Below, one piece after another: positions 12,158 to 25,980 of a stretch of 58,160 nucleotides of DNA; positions within the stretch are counted from its first letter, which is position 1, and the number at the start of each line of letters is the position of its first letter. The position numbers and the translations under genes are program-made. This DNA is from Catajapyx aquilonaris (taxonomy: Eukaryota). Location: NCBI GenBank assembly GCA_000934665.2, contig KZ537996.1:248001-306160 (forward strand), in the 5' to 3' direction. The notes beneath the pieces are model-generated. The model did no database searches and had not been told where the DNA came from. It saw only the letters and a list, made by a program, of their open reading frames with translations.

Positions 12158-15131
12158 GTAAATTTAAACCCCACACCCTTTGGTTATATACCTCAAGTCT
12201 TCTAATGTAATTAGCAGTACATCACATTTCCTGCAACCCAATATCCTCCAAGTATTAAAACTATATACGCTCCTGCCCCACAAGTGTTGTAAGGGGATAG
12301 CCGCGTATAATAGACCACTTTTCTCACTCTTTTCGAAAAAAAAAAGTATTGGCGTATGCGGCTGTTGGCTTCTCCCCGAAAGCCCATTTCCACCTGCCGT
12401 TTCCATATGGGGACACTGACAGCCAAATGGATCATCGTTCCTTTCCATTAACTTTTACGGACCGCGACCAACAAAGCCGGTCCTTTATAAAAATCCTCCG
12501 GGCTGCGCAATAACCCCACGTGATCCACCGTGAAGAAATATGTGCTGCTTTTTAGATTTCTTCTCGCTCACCAGATCTATAACCCCCTCCTGGATGCTTT
12601 GCTGGTGGCCTATACGCCGAAAGAAAAGCCACCAGAGAACTTTCGGGGGCCTCGAGTTTCTTGGGAGCCTTGCAATAATTTATAACGGCAGAGGTAGAAC
12701 TCATTGTGTGTGCATTAGAAGGGCTAGGGTAAAAAATAAGGTGGGCTAGACTCTATTTGAAAATTCAGGCTAGGCTCAGCATGAATCAAGTTAGTTGCAT
12801 TGTTAGATTTTGATAAGCTCATTGATTGGTTGCCGCTGTTCAATAATTAAATGGTACGCAGCTAGATTTGAGCTTATTATTAGGCACAATTTTTAATTAT
12901 TTCAGGTGTGAAAATTTTCCAAATAATTCGAGCAAAAGAGCAATGAGGCGCACCTTTGATGATGATTCAATCTGATGTTAATTATGAAATGGCAATAGAA
13001 TGGAGCTTACAAGTTAGTTGCACGCATTCCGTGTAAGGTTTTGTGCTAAGTAATCACTCTTGTCCTTAATCTGTTGAGAGTGCCTTTCAAATTTTATAAC
13101 CTGACCCCCCCCCCCCCTCCATTATCTGCGAGTATCTGACCAGGCTTCAGATATTATTTTTTGTGTATGTATTTGGTCATACGAGGATATTAAGGACCTC
13201 CTCCTTAATGTTCGCTGGCAACCCCATATCTGTTTGGGAAACGCCGTGAAGATGATGATGATGACTGAAACAATTTTAATTTTGCTAAAATGTTATCCTA
13301 AAATTTACTATCGATCAAAATTAACAGATTTCTTTATAGTATGACAGAGCTACTTTTACAATATAACTGAGCATAAACAAACATACTCTGTCTATTTATA
13401 TGCACCTGTTTGTTCATCACGGTACACTTGTTAATAAACCTTACATTATACTGTAGTACCACAGGCCTATACTGTATAGCTTACTTCGCACAACTTCACC
13501 TACAACATTTTAGGTACAAGGAAAGGATGAGTTAAAAGGGCAAAAAGTAAAAGGAGCTCCACTGACCCAGATACCTTCTCAGGTAATCCAGGTAAAATAA
13601 AAACGACACCTTTCATTCTCGTCCTTCACATTCCACACCTTTCTTCCCTTCACTTTTTCTACCTTTCCCTTTCTTTTTCAGCAAAGTCACTTCTAAACCC
13701 TATCACTATCTGTCTACCTGGTAGTATTACAAGAGACGGTAGGGGAAGTGGCATTCAATGACCTCTTGCTTCTTTTCCTTCGGAAGGACCTTTTTATGGG
13801 TGTCGCTTTTGGTTTTTTCAGCCTTGAGGCCTAAAAGTCCTGGAAGGATTGGGCTGTAAACGCCGATTGTGGAACCTGCCAGATTCAATAAAAAGTGCGT
13901 CTTGTTTCCATGGGCAAGGTCAGGATGGACAGGCCGCTGACCTGCGGCTGACCACTCTCCTCTATTCCGTCAAAAACCTTGCCTTTTCAGACTGTAACCC
14001 GTTTATTTCACCCCTTTTTTACACATTTATGGCACACCTCTCCCAAAATTTCTGTTGAAGGACAGTATTTTCAGTTGTCCAGTTTGGTCAGAGTGGCGAA
14101 CATGTGTCTTGTGTGCCTTGGGATTTCCTTAGTCGCTCGTCATCGTCGTTGAATATTCATCGTTGTGGTAAGGACATCATCGGCGATGGATGTTGACAAA
14201 ACAGGTAAGAGCTTGTTTATGCCCTATTTCAGTATTGGAATGGTCAATTTGGTTTTGTTTGAATAGTGGAATATGACCAGATAAACGGCATAACAATGAC
14301 TCGAACCTGTTCCGCATATTTTACAGAGACAAATGATCCAGCTCAGTGGTTAACTTTAGCTATAAATGTGGCATCCCTGACGAGCCATTTCAAGTGACAT
14401 TGTCGTTTGTCACCGAACCGCTTAGTTAATCTCCTATTTTTGAATATATTGATTGCATTCATGGAAGGCATCTATTAGTATTCCACCGACAGCAAACACC
14501 ATTGATGATTGTGTCATATTGAAAGATTTGACAACATTTGTGCTGCATTGACTATTGTGTCCATATTGAAATGTGCATGAAATTACTATTTTGCTTCCAG
14601 GCTTGGAATATATTATTGAGTGTACTATGTGCACTAGGCTAGGTCGTCTTGAAGTGCCTCCCACATCCTACTCCACCACCCTCTTCCCATTTCCTTGGAG
14701 CAAGGTGGCAGCAGTCGCTTATTCTCGGCGCGTCAAATCTTCATTATAGCTGCAACTTACTCGGGGAGCCATTGCACGGGCCATTGCTTCCAACAGGTGC
14801 GGAATTAAAGGATATTACGGCCGAGAACGGGCACGCTCAGAAGCCCTTTTCGCCCCCTCTCCCCGGCCTTACCCACCACCCTTCCCTCCAATTTTATCCC
14901 CCCCCAACTCCCCTATCATGCACGCCTGCCCACTAACCCACCCACCCACCAAAACATCAATTTTCTAAACAATTCATAATTATTTTTATATGCGGTAAAT
15001 AATTCGGCCATACATTCAGAACGTGTAATAATGGACAAATGTGTCATCTCTATTAAATATGTATTTTTTAAAATACATATTTCACAATGTTCGACAAATA
15101 ATTTTTGGATGTTACATTTTTTAAAAATACT

Positions 15132-15206
15132 GGAGGCGTATACTCATCCAGGTCACTCGCAATCGACTTTGTCGATTACGAGTGACCTGGAGGGGTATAC
15201 GCCTCC
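15132..15206. repeat. 75 bp hairpin
   Basis: ggaggcgtatactcatccaggtcactcgcaatcgac-ttt-gtcgattacgagtgacctggaggggtatacgcctcc. Confidence 0.85.
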
Positions 15207-17381
15207 TGGTCAGCCTAATACCCTCAGAAATGACCCAAAAGAGGTGTACATGCACTCGTATGTTCATGTGTGGTGTTGGTGGGTAGAGGGGAAATAATGT
15301 GAACGGGCTCTGATTTGTAATGAGCTGGGGAGGGCGTTGCGAGCAGCAGTCCGTGTCCCCAGTCGAAAAGCCCCGGAGATGGAACCAGTGGGATGTCTCG
15401 CTGTGGAGAATAAAATAATGCCAACTTGCACTGACATGCAGCTTGCATCATGCCGGGGGAGCCCCCGCGTTTCCAGAACCCCGGAGATTTACAAGCCACG
15501 CTTATTTGAAAAGGCCGGGCACTGGCATAGAAGGGGGGGAAAGGGGGAAATGCCCTGACTATCGGAGCCCAATATTTTCCCATCCCGAGATAGTAGTGGG
15601 AGGAGGGAGGATTCAGGCGGGGAGGGAGATCAAATTTCAGCATTGCAGTGCCTTCACTGCGCACCAAAAATATATATAGTACTATACAAAGGACAGGGCT
15701 TTTGTGCAACCAGTTTCAAGATGTATGTGCAAATTATCGGGTAGTCAAATTTTATAAGTTATGTCAACAAAGTTATTTTCAATCGAACTTTGCAAGGGTA
15801 ACGTGCATGCAGGGCAATGCTATTTACTGGGCATGTCATGCTACAAATTATTCGGGGCTGACGGACTGTGATGGGGCAAAAAAAATTGATGCATATTGCA
15901 GATGCAAGTCCAGTGCAATAATTATGCTTATTTGTAATCCTTAATTATCATGGCGATTAAAATGAATGCCGGTTGTTAATTAGTTTCATGAAGTCCCCCA
16001 CCCAACATCCCATCGCATTGACTATACATACAGTGTATAGGCGCAATTAGCCACCAATGAATCAATTCCTCCTACAGTTAACAAACACTGTATACACAGT
16101 ACAGGGTGCTACAGAACTTCCTGTTTCCGCTATGTACATATTGTACTGATATCAACATTTACCGCTAATGAGCATGCTTTAACGGTGCTTCACAAAAAGA
16201 TGTAATTTATAGTCATTGCAAAGCGTTGCCTAAACGATAATGATAATATTGTACTGTCCATGGCGGATTTCAATAAGCGGTTATCTCACTTGGGAAGAAA
16301 AATTAACAATGGTATGAGGAAAGGAAGCACAGCAGAATACGATTGTTTCCTGTTCAGACCCACATCCAGCTCAGTTTATGAACTCTTGAGCCAATATTGG
16401 TAATAATCGAAAACTTTTCTCCTCTCCACACCAAAAATGGCTTCGTCAGATCCATATAAGATCCACCATCCCCTTCCCACAACGATGGACTTTTTCATCG
16501 CCCAAGACTGACTCCCCAACCCCTCCTAAAAAACCAAGAGCCTATCGGATAAAAACCTTAACAGCCAGATACACTTTATTTTGTACCCACCCACCCTCCC
16601 TTTGGTCATTTGCAAATATTTCTTTCAGCTAGGATTTGCACTAAAAGCCCGCCAGATTCCAGTCTCACGTCATCAACTCTTTCCTAATGGCCACCCGAAC
16701 TCTTTTCTTCAGTTTTTTTGAGGGGGGGGGGGGTTGGAGGGTGGAGGAAGGAAGGCCACTATCTCTACAATGAGGTCTTTCCGATTCTGCAGGCCATTGC
16801 TGAAAAAGAGCCCCCACGTTCTCTAACCAATGAATCGAGATGGGAGGAAATTAAAGAATCCCACATGCGCAAGGGTGGTAACCACCTGATATTTCACCCG
16901 AACTAGATGGCTCCTAACTACCCACCCTACCCATCCCCAAACTAGTGCTTAAAATCGCTCTCCCAGCCCCGTTTCCGGGCAAAGAGTGCCTGCTGAATGC
17001 GTCTGTCCGGCAGGTAAACAAGTCCGGATCCTCACAAAAAAAAGGCTATTTACTACTCCCATAAATTATTTGCAGATAAGGTTTGAAAAAAAAGTTTCTG
17101 CTGACCAACTGACCAGCTACTTTCCACTGATGGTTTTTGCACCTTTCTTTCAGCTAGATTCCTACAATATGTAGTAGGCATATAGGATGAATCCACCAAG
17201 TCCAATTTGGGCGGTCAGTCGAAGTAAACAGTCTACTTGTAAGTTCTTTATACGACTATATAGCATTTTAAATACCAAATCACACGGGGAAGCCAATAAA
17301 GTCAAAGATAATGAGCCAGTAAGCTAGAATTTTCTGTTATCCCTACAATATTTAAACACATTTTTTTATTTAATGAACTTA

Positions 17382-17517
17382 CTCTGGGGCTCATATTGTT
17401 TTGGCCACTTTATCCTGGTCTTGAAGCAACCCTTCACACACTTGCTCAACGTGGCGCCTGTGCGAAGGGTTGCTTCAAAACCAGGATAAAGTGGCCAAAA
17501 CAATTTGAGCCCAATAG
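17382..17517. mobile_element. short hairpin MITE with TA flanks
   Basis: ta-ctctggggctcatattgttttggccactttatcctggt ... accaggataaagtggccaaaacaatttgagcccaatag-ta. Confidence 0.85.
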
Positions 17518-19043
17518 TACATGTCGACGATATTTTGCACATATTTGCACAGAGGGCGTTTCTAGCTAAACCTGCCACCTTTTCCCCTCTTATCTGCCCC
17601 TCTTCTCTTTCCCCTTCCTTCCCCAAATGGCAAGGCAAGATATCAAAGAAAGTGCTGCACGATTAGTTTCCCCTTAGAATGGCGTTATTATTTATGCCGG
17701 ACAATTAGGAATGTAGATCATGCCGGGAGGAAATTATTCCAAGACTGCTGGAGGGTGTAGAGGAGGGGAAAAATTACATTAATCCAAGCACGTAGTTGCG
17801 GTGAAGGTGAAGACTATCTTTACGTCGCGCTGCAATTATAATGATGAGAAACCTGCAGCCACCTTGGAGTCATAAATTTTCTGAAAGGTTTTTTTTTTTT
17901 TTTAAAAAAAAAGGGTTGGTGGTTCGTTTGTGGTTAGATCCAGTTTCTTTTCTGTGAGAGGCCATGCTTGAATAGTGTATTTGCAGTTTTTTTGGCAGCA
18001 TATAGTTAGTAGTGCCGTTAAAACGACGCGACAACGTACGGCTTCTCTTGTCTGGCCCTAATTTCCTTCTCCCCACGGTAGCAGATGAAAATGAACTAAT
18101 TTTGATGCTTCCTCTTTATTGCTCTCCGTGGAAAAGGGAAACACGATTATCGTGGGCTGGCTTCTCTCTACCTTTATTGGATTTCCGCATGGCGCTTGCC
18201 TACTTTCTCTGGCTGCTCTAGCCTAGCTGCCTCTTCTTTTCCTATTGGCTTCACATGCAGAGGGTTGGGAGGAGGAGGCCATGAGAGAGGGGGGGGGATC
18301 CTACTTTTCCCGGGGTCTTTCAAAAGACGTCTATTTAATTGCGACCATGATGAGAATTTTAGGCGAACGCGCCTCTCGGGAGCTGCCTGCGATGAAAGGG
18401 AAATGGTCTGCAGCTTTTTCCGCTAGACCTAGTCCCTGACTAGAGCCCCCGATGACTCATCCCTCAGCGCCATTATTCCCCTCCACTCTTCGCCAAATTC
18501 GCAACTCTTTCCGACTGCACAGGCTGCAAATCAAGGGCTGCCTGCTGCCAGCCCCCGACACTCACTTCCTCCCAGGCCTAATGCTGCTATTTATGTGGAC
18601 CAACCAGTCACGGAGACTGCCAAGAACAACTGGATTTAATTACACCCGGTGTATGACACACGCGCCAACTTGGGGTACATATCCCGGGGGCATTTGGATG
18701 TATCGGACAGGGATTTACATGTCTCCAACTTGAATGTGGCTGGTTGGATTAGGAGGGGGGGAATATCCTGAAATGCAAGCCACCCTCTATGCATGTGTGT
18801 ACGAAGGGTTGCGCGGTAGTTAGGATACGATTTTGCGAATTTTTTCGTATGTGACGTTTTTTTGAGTTGGGGGGGTAATCAAACCGTAAATATACACAGA
18901 TGTGGAAATAACATTTTAGAATACACGGTCCTAAACTGTACAGTTCATAGCAACAATGTGCGTACGGCCTAAAAATGCTCATGTTACAATCAAAAATATT
19001 TTAGTACAAGTTGCTGAGAAAAAGCAGCTGACTTGGAACAATA

Positions 19044-19254
19044 CAGGGTGTTTCAACTTTTTTGTCCGAACAGTTATCGGAAATATTGCACTATAAGCTG
19101 CTACTTTGTAAGCAGTGACTTGCAACCGGTTTGTCGGAGGAATGGGAAATATTCCTTGCGAATCTTAGGTTGAAGTGGCATACACTGTTTACAAAGTAAC
19201 AGCTTAGTGCAATATTTCCGATAACTGTTCGGACAAAAAAGTTGAAACAACCTC
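19044..19254. mobile_element. MITE family A, internally deleted copy
   Basis: Both TIRs and both TA flanks are present; the central hairpin segment is missing. Confidence 0.9.
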
Positions 19255-22200
19255 TATTTTGAAGAAAAAAAACGAACAGAAATTACTGGAAAGATTACTG
19301 AAAGTCTTTCAAGGTTGGTGTAAAATATCTCTCAAATTGAGACGAAAATATTTCAGTGCACATTATTTTATTCACTGTGTTTACCATAAAGTAAACAACA
19401 AAATGCTACAATTTTTATATACCTCCCAACTTGCAGTTTTTTTACACTGGTTGCCAGAAAGCCGGCCATTTATCACGATGTGCGTGAATAGGAAACAGGT
19501 GACCTTTAAAACACTTTCGATTTAATAAGCCAGTACCAATTCAGCTCTTAATGCGCCATGATGTTTATAGACTGCCCACTATCAGTGCCTTATCAAAAGA
19601 AGAGCAGGACGTGACACGTGCACGAGTCATGAATAACTCATAAAACCTGGGTTTTATGTCCGCTAAGAGCTCCATGATTATGCTCTATTGAAAGAAATCG
19701 TCCATTTTCGCCAACGTTCCATGACCAATGGACTCACTAGATCCTTTGATGAAGAAGTCGTAAAAAATGACTACAACAACGGGTTCATCCCCTTTGCACT
19801 CAGTTTCCTACGCATCTTTATAATCAATTTTTAAGTTTTGTTAATAATTTTTGACCCTCCATGCATCCCCAGGACAACCCACGCATATAGCAACATTTCG
19901 TGTCCTTTTGCAGGAAACAATGAGTGGGCGAGCATCCGTGGGGATGTTTCACGCATGGCTTCAGAATCTAACCCCCCTCCCCCTGCTGTATATGGCTAAT
20001 GCCCCATTTTTTCCTCCAAAAAAAGTTACACGCTCCAGTGATCCAAGGGCCAAATTCTACTACACTAAATCCCCCCCATCCTGGCAGTCATAATTCAGTC
20101 CCCCCTCCCTCTTTCAGTTTTTGAGAAGATACCACACGTGTCTCTGCTATACTCCAATGTTTCAGGTATCTCCAACACTTTGGACACCATCCAATCGACA
20201 AGTTATCACAAAAAAATAGTCCTTTCTCTCTTGGCCATGTTTCACGTTAATAACCTCGAAGAAAAGTCCTTCCGTTGATTCTAGGCCCGAATTTTGGCTC
20301 TTGTTTTCTCCCCTCTTCCATTTTTTTCCCCCCCCTCTGGTTCTTCCCCCTCTTCTCCTTTTGCTCACTGGCTGTTTGTTCCTTGGGCCGCAAATGGCCA
20401 GATAGCATGCCGGAGGGAAATATGCCAAGTCCCCTTCTCATATCGTAGCGTAATTTCCCTCCTTTCTTGGGCCGGAAAAGGGAGAGATCGATAGAGAGCC
20501 TTGGTAATGGCTTCTCCCGTCGTTAGCACTGGTCAATGATTTGTGATACGAGGCGGGCCCACCGACGGAAACGAAACGCGTCTAAATCTTCCTTTTTTTT
20601 CCTCTTCTTCTTTCAACCCTCCTATATACTGATCCTTCGGTTCTTCGACGACCAAACACATACGCAAGGGGGTTTTCATAACGAACTGGGCGAAAAGCCT
20701 GGGGGGTTTTCTCCTAATGCTTGACTCTTTTCGCTAATTTAGTGATCCGAAGTAATGGTTTGAATGCTTGCGGACTCTAATAGAGGCGGCGGCTGAAATA
20801 GTGGAAGGGAAACAGCAAGCGTCACTGGCTGCACGCAATGGGAGGCATAGAATACACGGAAACGGCGCAACGGCGGATGCGAGTTTACAGTAAGCTGGCC
20901 TGTATGGCTCCGAGGCCCACGCCCCTTGCAATAACAATAAAAGGATAAACGTTATGGGCATTTCCATTAAAATGGAAGGTGCTCTGGAGAGTTGGACTGT
21001 TAACTTGGTTTACGATTTGCTTCCTAGCTCTCTCTCTCTCTCTGCCTCCATTTCTATCTCGGTGTTTCTTCTGGTTCAATCCTCGTATAACTCAAAATCT
21101 GGATTGGTGTCGCAACATTTAGTTAGTTTCAATTTTTGGGTGGCCCAGCACAGCCGATGTTGAGTTGGGTGAAACTCTGCACATTAGTTATGATATAGAC
21201 CTAACTTATGTAAAGAAAAGGACTTAATGCAATAAAGTTGAAGTGTATGCGTATATAAATTGTTATGGTATACAGTAAGATTCCAATAGCTTATACTGTA
21301 TAAAAAGTAATGTTGTTCAAACAAGATACGGTTTGTGGCAGAATGATAGACTAATAATTATGCGATACTGTCATATAAGCCTCATAGCAACACACACTTG
21401 GAGCAATTTTAAATTTGTTGCAATAATTACCAACGCATAAGAGGATAGCTCAAATTAAAATGCAGTGTATGCCGTTTACATGAAATAGGCTATCTAGTCT
21501 AGTGTGGAAGGACGTTACTATAATTTATTACGAAACTGAAGAGTTACATTAACATTATATCTAGATACGAAATTATACCTAAAATTTTATCTCCCAGTTA
21601 ATAGCAACCAATAGTTTTTAAGTGCTCATCAATACTGCCTAGCTCTAGATGCCCCGTAATTGAACAACATTAATTGTCATCAGTCACAGAGCGCCTATAC
21701 ATATAATACTACTAATTTATATTACTGTGCTCTTTATCCAATGCTATGATTTATCTGCATGATTAAAATTAAATTGTCTACTACTATTGTGTACTATGCT
21801 CTTAAGCTCTTATTTTCCCATTATTAATTTGGTACCCAATTTCATTTAATTGATCATTCCCTAATTGATGCATAAAAACAATGTAAATTATGCAGAATAG
21901 AGCTACGTAAATTTACACTCATTGGATTTGTTTTATCATCTTACTATATACTAACTAGCAACAAACAAACAAATCATATTAAAATATTCACCCACGCGGC
22001 CACAAAGATGGAGACAATCCATGTTAGTTCAACATGTTCACTATAGATATCCCATAATTTATATGCATTGTGTAAGTTATACCGAATATTCGCCTTGGGG
22101 CAAAGTCATCATCAGACTTCCAATGAACTTGTTGGAGCCTTTTGGAGCCTTGCAACATGAGTGATGGTACACTGTAATTTGAAGAGTTATATCAGTCATA

Positions 22201-22602
22201 TTTTGGTCAAAATAGACGAAACTTTCTAATGGCAAAATCATATTTACGACAGAATCATTACAGGCTCCTATAACTGAGAGAAATATTTAAAAAAATATTC
22301 ATCCCATAAGGAATAATGCAATCTTCAAATTTTAAACTATCACAGGCTATCTGCATAAATCAGACAAATGAGACTGAGAGTTTTGAATTTAAGGTGTACA
22401 TTTCCATATATGTGTATACAAATATCTTCCATGACATACACTAATATGAACGCAAAATTTAATGCCTCCGTAAATTGAAAAACAATATCAAACTCAAAAG
22501 ATAATATAATTTACACTTTCATAATTATACCACAGGTATTCTTCATTCCTTTGTTGGCCTGATCATAATTGATAAACAGTATGAGGTACCATTACCATTT
22601 TA

Positions 22603-22792
22603 CAGGGTGATCCAAAAGTCTGGATACATACTCGTAGATCATTGTTTTGTGGGTAGGCGCAATTGACAGGTTATCAGCACCTTTTCCTTCAAGAACTCAA
22701 CCTTCACTGATTGTAAACAACCTTCCAGTTGTGCCAGCTAACAAATCAATAACCTACTGTAGCCTATATGTCCAGACTTTTGGATCACCCTG
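22603..22792. mobile_element. Tc1/mariner-type MITE, family B
   Basis: TIR cagggtgatccaaaagtctgga / tccagacttttggatcaccctg; TA at the left flank. Confidence 0.85.
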
Positions 22793-24254
22793 CATATACA
22801 GGAAGACATGTCCTGTAGAAAAAAAAGTATTCATATTAATTTTAGCCTAATATTTCATATTGACAATCTGTATGCTCAGAAAAAAAATTGTTAAATTCAT
22901 TATTTACCAATTGTTTAGATAAATATGCAAACAATACTTGGAGCAGAAGAAAAAATCGTTTATATAATATTTTCTAAAATTCTTCACGTACATAACATAT
23001 ATCTTATATCCCATAACAAGCACATTAAACATTGGTTGCTACAATATATATTCTCCAATAATAATTTACCATAAGCTCATCATTTCGTGACACAAAACAT
23101 TCCTATGCAAAATAGGTGTAACCACAAATTGAGGGAAGCTTCAAAAAGAGCATCAAGCTAGCGGCACAGTGTGTTGCCCTGACCCGAGTGACTGACTGAC
23201 CTTATTCTGGCTGTCCCCAGTAGCGATGATAAGGGGCAAAGAGGAGCCCATCTTGTGATGGTAATAGCTGAAACTTTATTCCCTCATAAACCGGCAAGAT
23301 GGCTACACGACACTCCATTCGTTGGAAGACCGTGCTCTACCGAATCTCGCCTTTATACACCCTAAACTCGGCCGCATCACATGGGGAATGACTTGTTTGA
23401 TGTTTTGCTGACAATTCGCAGGGGCTAAGGGGTAATCACGCAAAATTTCAGACGAGTCAAGTGGCCACATTTATTGATACTTTAATTGATATTCAAGTAG
23501 AGGAAGAGCAGTGGGGAGGAGGAGATAAGGCACACCATGTGAGTGAAAGTGTTTAAAATGACATAAAGGGAGGTATATATGGACATAAAAGCCACTGGCA
23601 ACACGAAGAAGACAGTTATTGGTAAGGTAATGGGTCATTCCCAAGAGTTATTTTATTCTTGAGGCACTTTGTCTTTTCCCTGCCTCGTGCAGGAATGCTA
23701 TGAATGAACAAGTGCCTTAATTATTCACTGTCGTTTCATATCCTATCTCCCGCATAAATCGTGCAATAATGGAAAAAAATAACGCCAATTGCGCCCGCGT
23801 GTATCATTGTCCCCTCTCAAAATGATTTTCAGATGCAACAAAAATTTTCCCCTACCTAATTGCTAATTGGTTTCATACACATACAAGTATGATGGTATCA
23901 CGACACTAACGACTCTTGTTTTCCACGCGAAATAGGCACGGACTGGTCAATAGTAGATTCCCACAAAAAAATTTTGTTTAGAAGACGCCTCAGAAAATAA
24001 CATGGCGGTGTGCGTGAAACCAAAGCGCTTCATCAGAGGGAAGCACTTACCTAACAAGCACCTGGGAGTCCCCTCGCCCGATCAATACCCTTACAAACAA
24101 ATCGGACTAGGATGGTACAAAGTAATGGTTGAGTAGGGAGAGAAATCCGGATAACGACAGGCAAATTGGAGACCTTAAATCCTACTCCACCCTCCCCCCA
24201 CCCCCGACCCCAAAAGGAGCTGAAAAAAAAGGTTGGCAGGGGGAAGTAAACCCT

Positions 24255-24450
24255 AGGGTCGTAAAGCGCGCCGGTGATTTTATGACGGCGGAAAAAGTGC
24301 AATAGCAAGCATGGTGGTCCTAGTTTGTGTTTGGCTCACTAGATGGCACTGGGGCCGCCAATATATCAAGGCGGGATCCCGCCAGAAAAATGGGCGGGGC
24401 TTGCTGGTGACGTCAGAGTAAAGAATCATGGCTCGACGCCATTTTATCCG
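24255..24450. promoter_or_regulatory. motif-dense regulatory element (insulator/PRE/promoter-like)
   Basis: gtcgtaaa 24258, tgattttatgac 24275, cactagatggcact 24337, CCAAT 24358, ggcgggatcccgcc palindrome 24370, gggcggggc 24392, TGACGTCA 24408, cgccatttt 24437. Confidence 0.5.
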
Positions 24451-25719
24451 GCCGGTCTTACCCACCCCCTTGGATACCCCACCCAGCACGCGCACATCAG
24501 CTTATACTAGCCGATCGATGTCTGAGGCTACCGAGGCCATACGACGCTCATTTTGTCTTACTTTTCAGCGACTTGGTTTGTTTCTGAAGATCCCTTGCTT
24601 TGTTACCGGATCGGTACTGGTCTTCTTACACTTTGAGGTCTTGTGGGCTGGCTGCCATGTTGGCTCTGAGGCCATTGCCGATTGGAAGCCATCGCAGGTT
24701 TTGCCTAGCACGTGACCCTGCGCCATTGTGTACACGGAAACGGTGCCTTCATATTTGCGCCCGCCTTTTTGCTGGGTGCTGTGGTAGAATAAGTAGCGGA
24801 TAGTATTTTCTGCACAATTATATGCCTTATTTTATAGTTGTACTAGGAGTTCACTTTAAGTAGAATGTAGTGGGTAATTTGGCAATGTCGTACAAAGCTG
24901 AAGGTCGTTGTGTTGGGCCTAAATTTTAAGTGATGTGTTAGAAAGTAGCCGTTCATTCTGATACCCAAGAAAAAGGAACTAATGTGATGATTCTAACTTA
25001 AAAAGTAATTTAATTTACTCCTACACCTGCAAGCTCCCAAATTTTACCTATGCCTCCGGAAGATAACTGGTGTCCGGACTAGATTGATGCAATTCTATCG
25101 GAGTACATCCATATTTGAGTGATTATAATTATGATTTTGAATTCTGTGTAGTCTTACGTTTGATTGCAGCTTTCAAAAGTGTGTGTCAAAATGGAATGAA
25201 ATTGGAAATCACTTGGACGTATGAATTTTGCAATTTGGATCATTATTATTATTTGAATTACGGTGTTTGAAAATGGCACATGCAGTTTTGAAAGCCTATG
25301 TTAATTTAAATGTTTTAACTCGTGGTTTTCCCACAATTTATTTTTACTAATCTCATCCCATTTTTGTTATTTGTTGACAACGTCCTGCCAAAACAGCAAC
25401 TCCAGCCAATATTACTGGATTTTTTTCAAAATCACTGAATGAGGCCCAGTTTGAAGATGCGACTGATGCTCTGGCACGTTTTATTTCCATAAACTATAAG
25501 TAACTAATTTTTTCTACGTGAAATTCCATCTGTTTATTGCCTGGAGTAAGCAAAATATGATGCTTTATTTATAACACGACTATAATTTTTACCCTTGCAA
25601 ATGAATCGTTAACTACAAGTTATACCATCACATTGTGTGAATCATTAGCTCGTAATATGTTCGCGTAATTTTGTGGGTGAAATCCGAGAATACTGCTACT
25701 TTATATATCATTAATTGTT

Positions 25720-25980
25720 GTGGGAGACACAGTGGTTAGCGCCACAGCCTTCCACCTCTAAGGTCCCGAGTTCGGTCCCCGGGTCGGACGGAGGATACTT
25801 ATGTGGATAGAGTTTCGATGGGTTCTCTCCGTGTTCGCGTAGGTTTTCTCGGGGTTCTCCCGTTTCCTCCCACTATCAAAATCCATCACAGCAAAATGCA
25901 ATGATTAAAAGACGGTTGACGAAAAGATGATCAGGCCCAAGGAGGCCTATCAGGGGTATATCCCTTTAAAAAAATTAAAA
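25720..25980 (+). mobile_element. tRNA-headed SINE with V-domain-like core
   Basis: A-box-like cagtggttagc and B-box-like gagttcggtcc. Core gttctctccgtgttcgcgtaggttttctcggggttctcccgtttcctcccac resembles the V-SINE domain as recalled. A-rich tail; 15 bp TSD atatcattaattgtt at 25705-25719 and 25981-25995. Confidence 0.88.
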
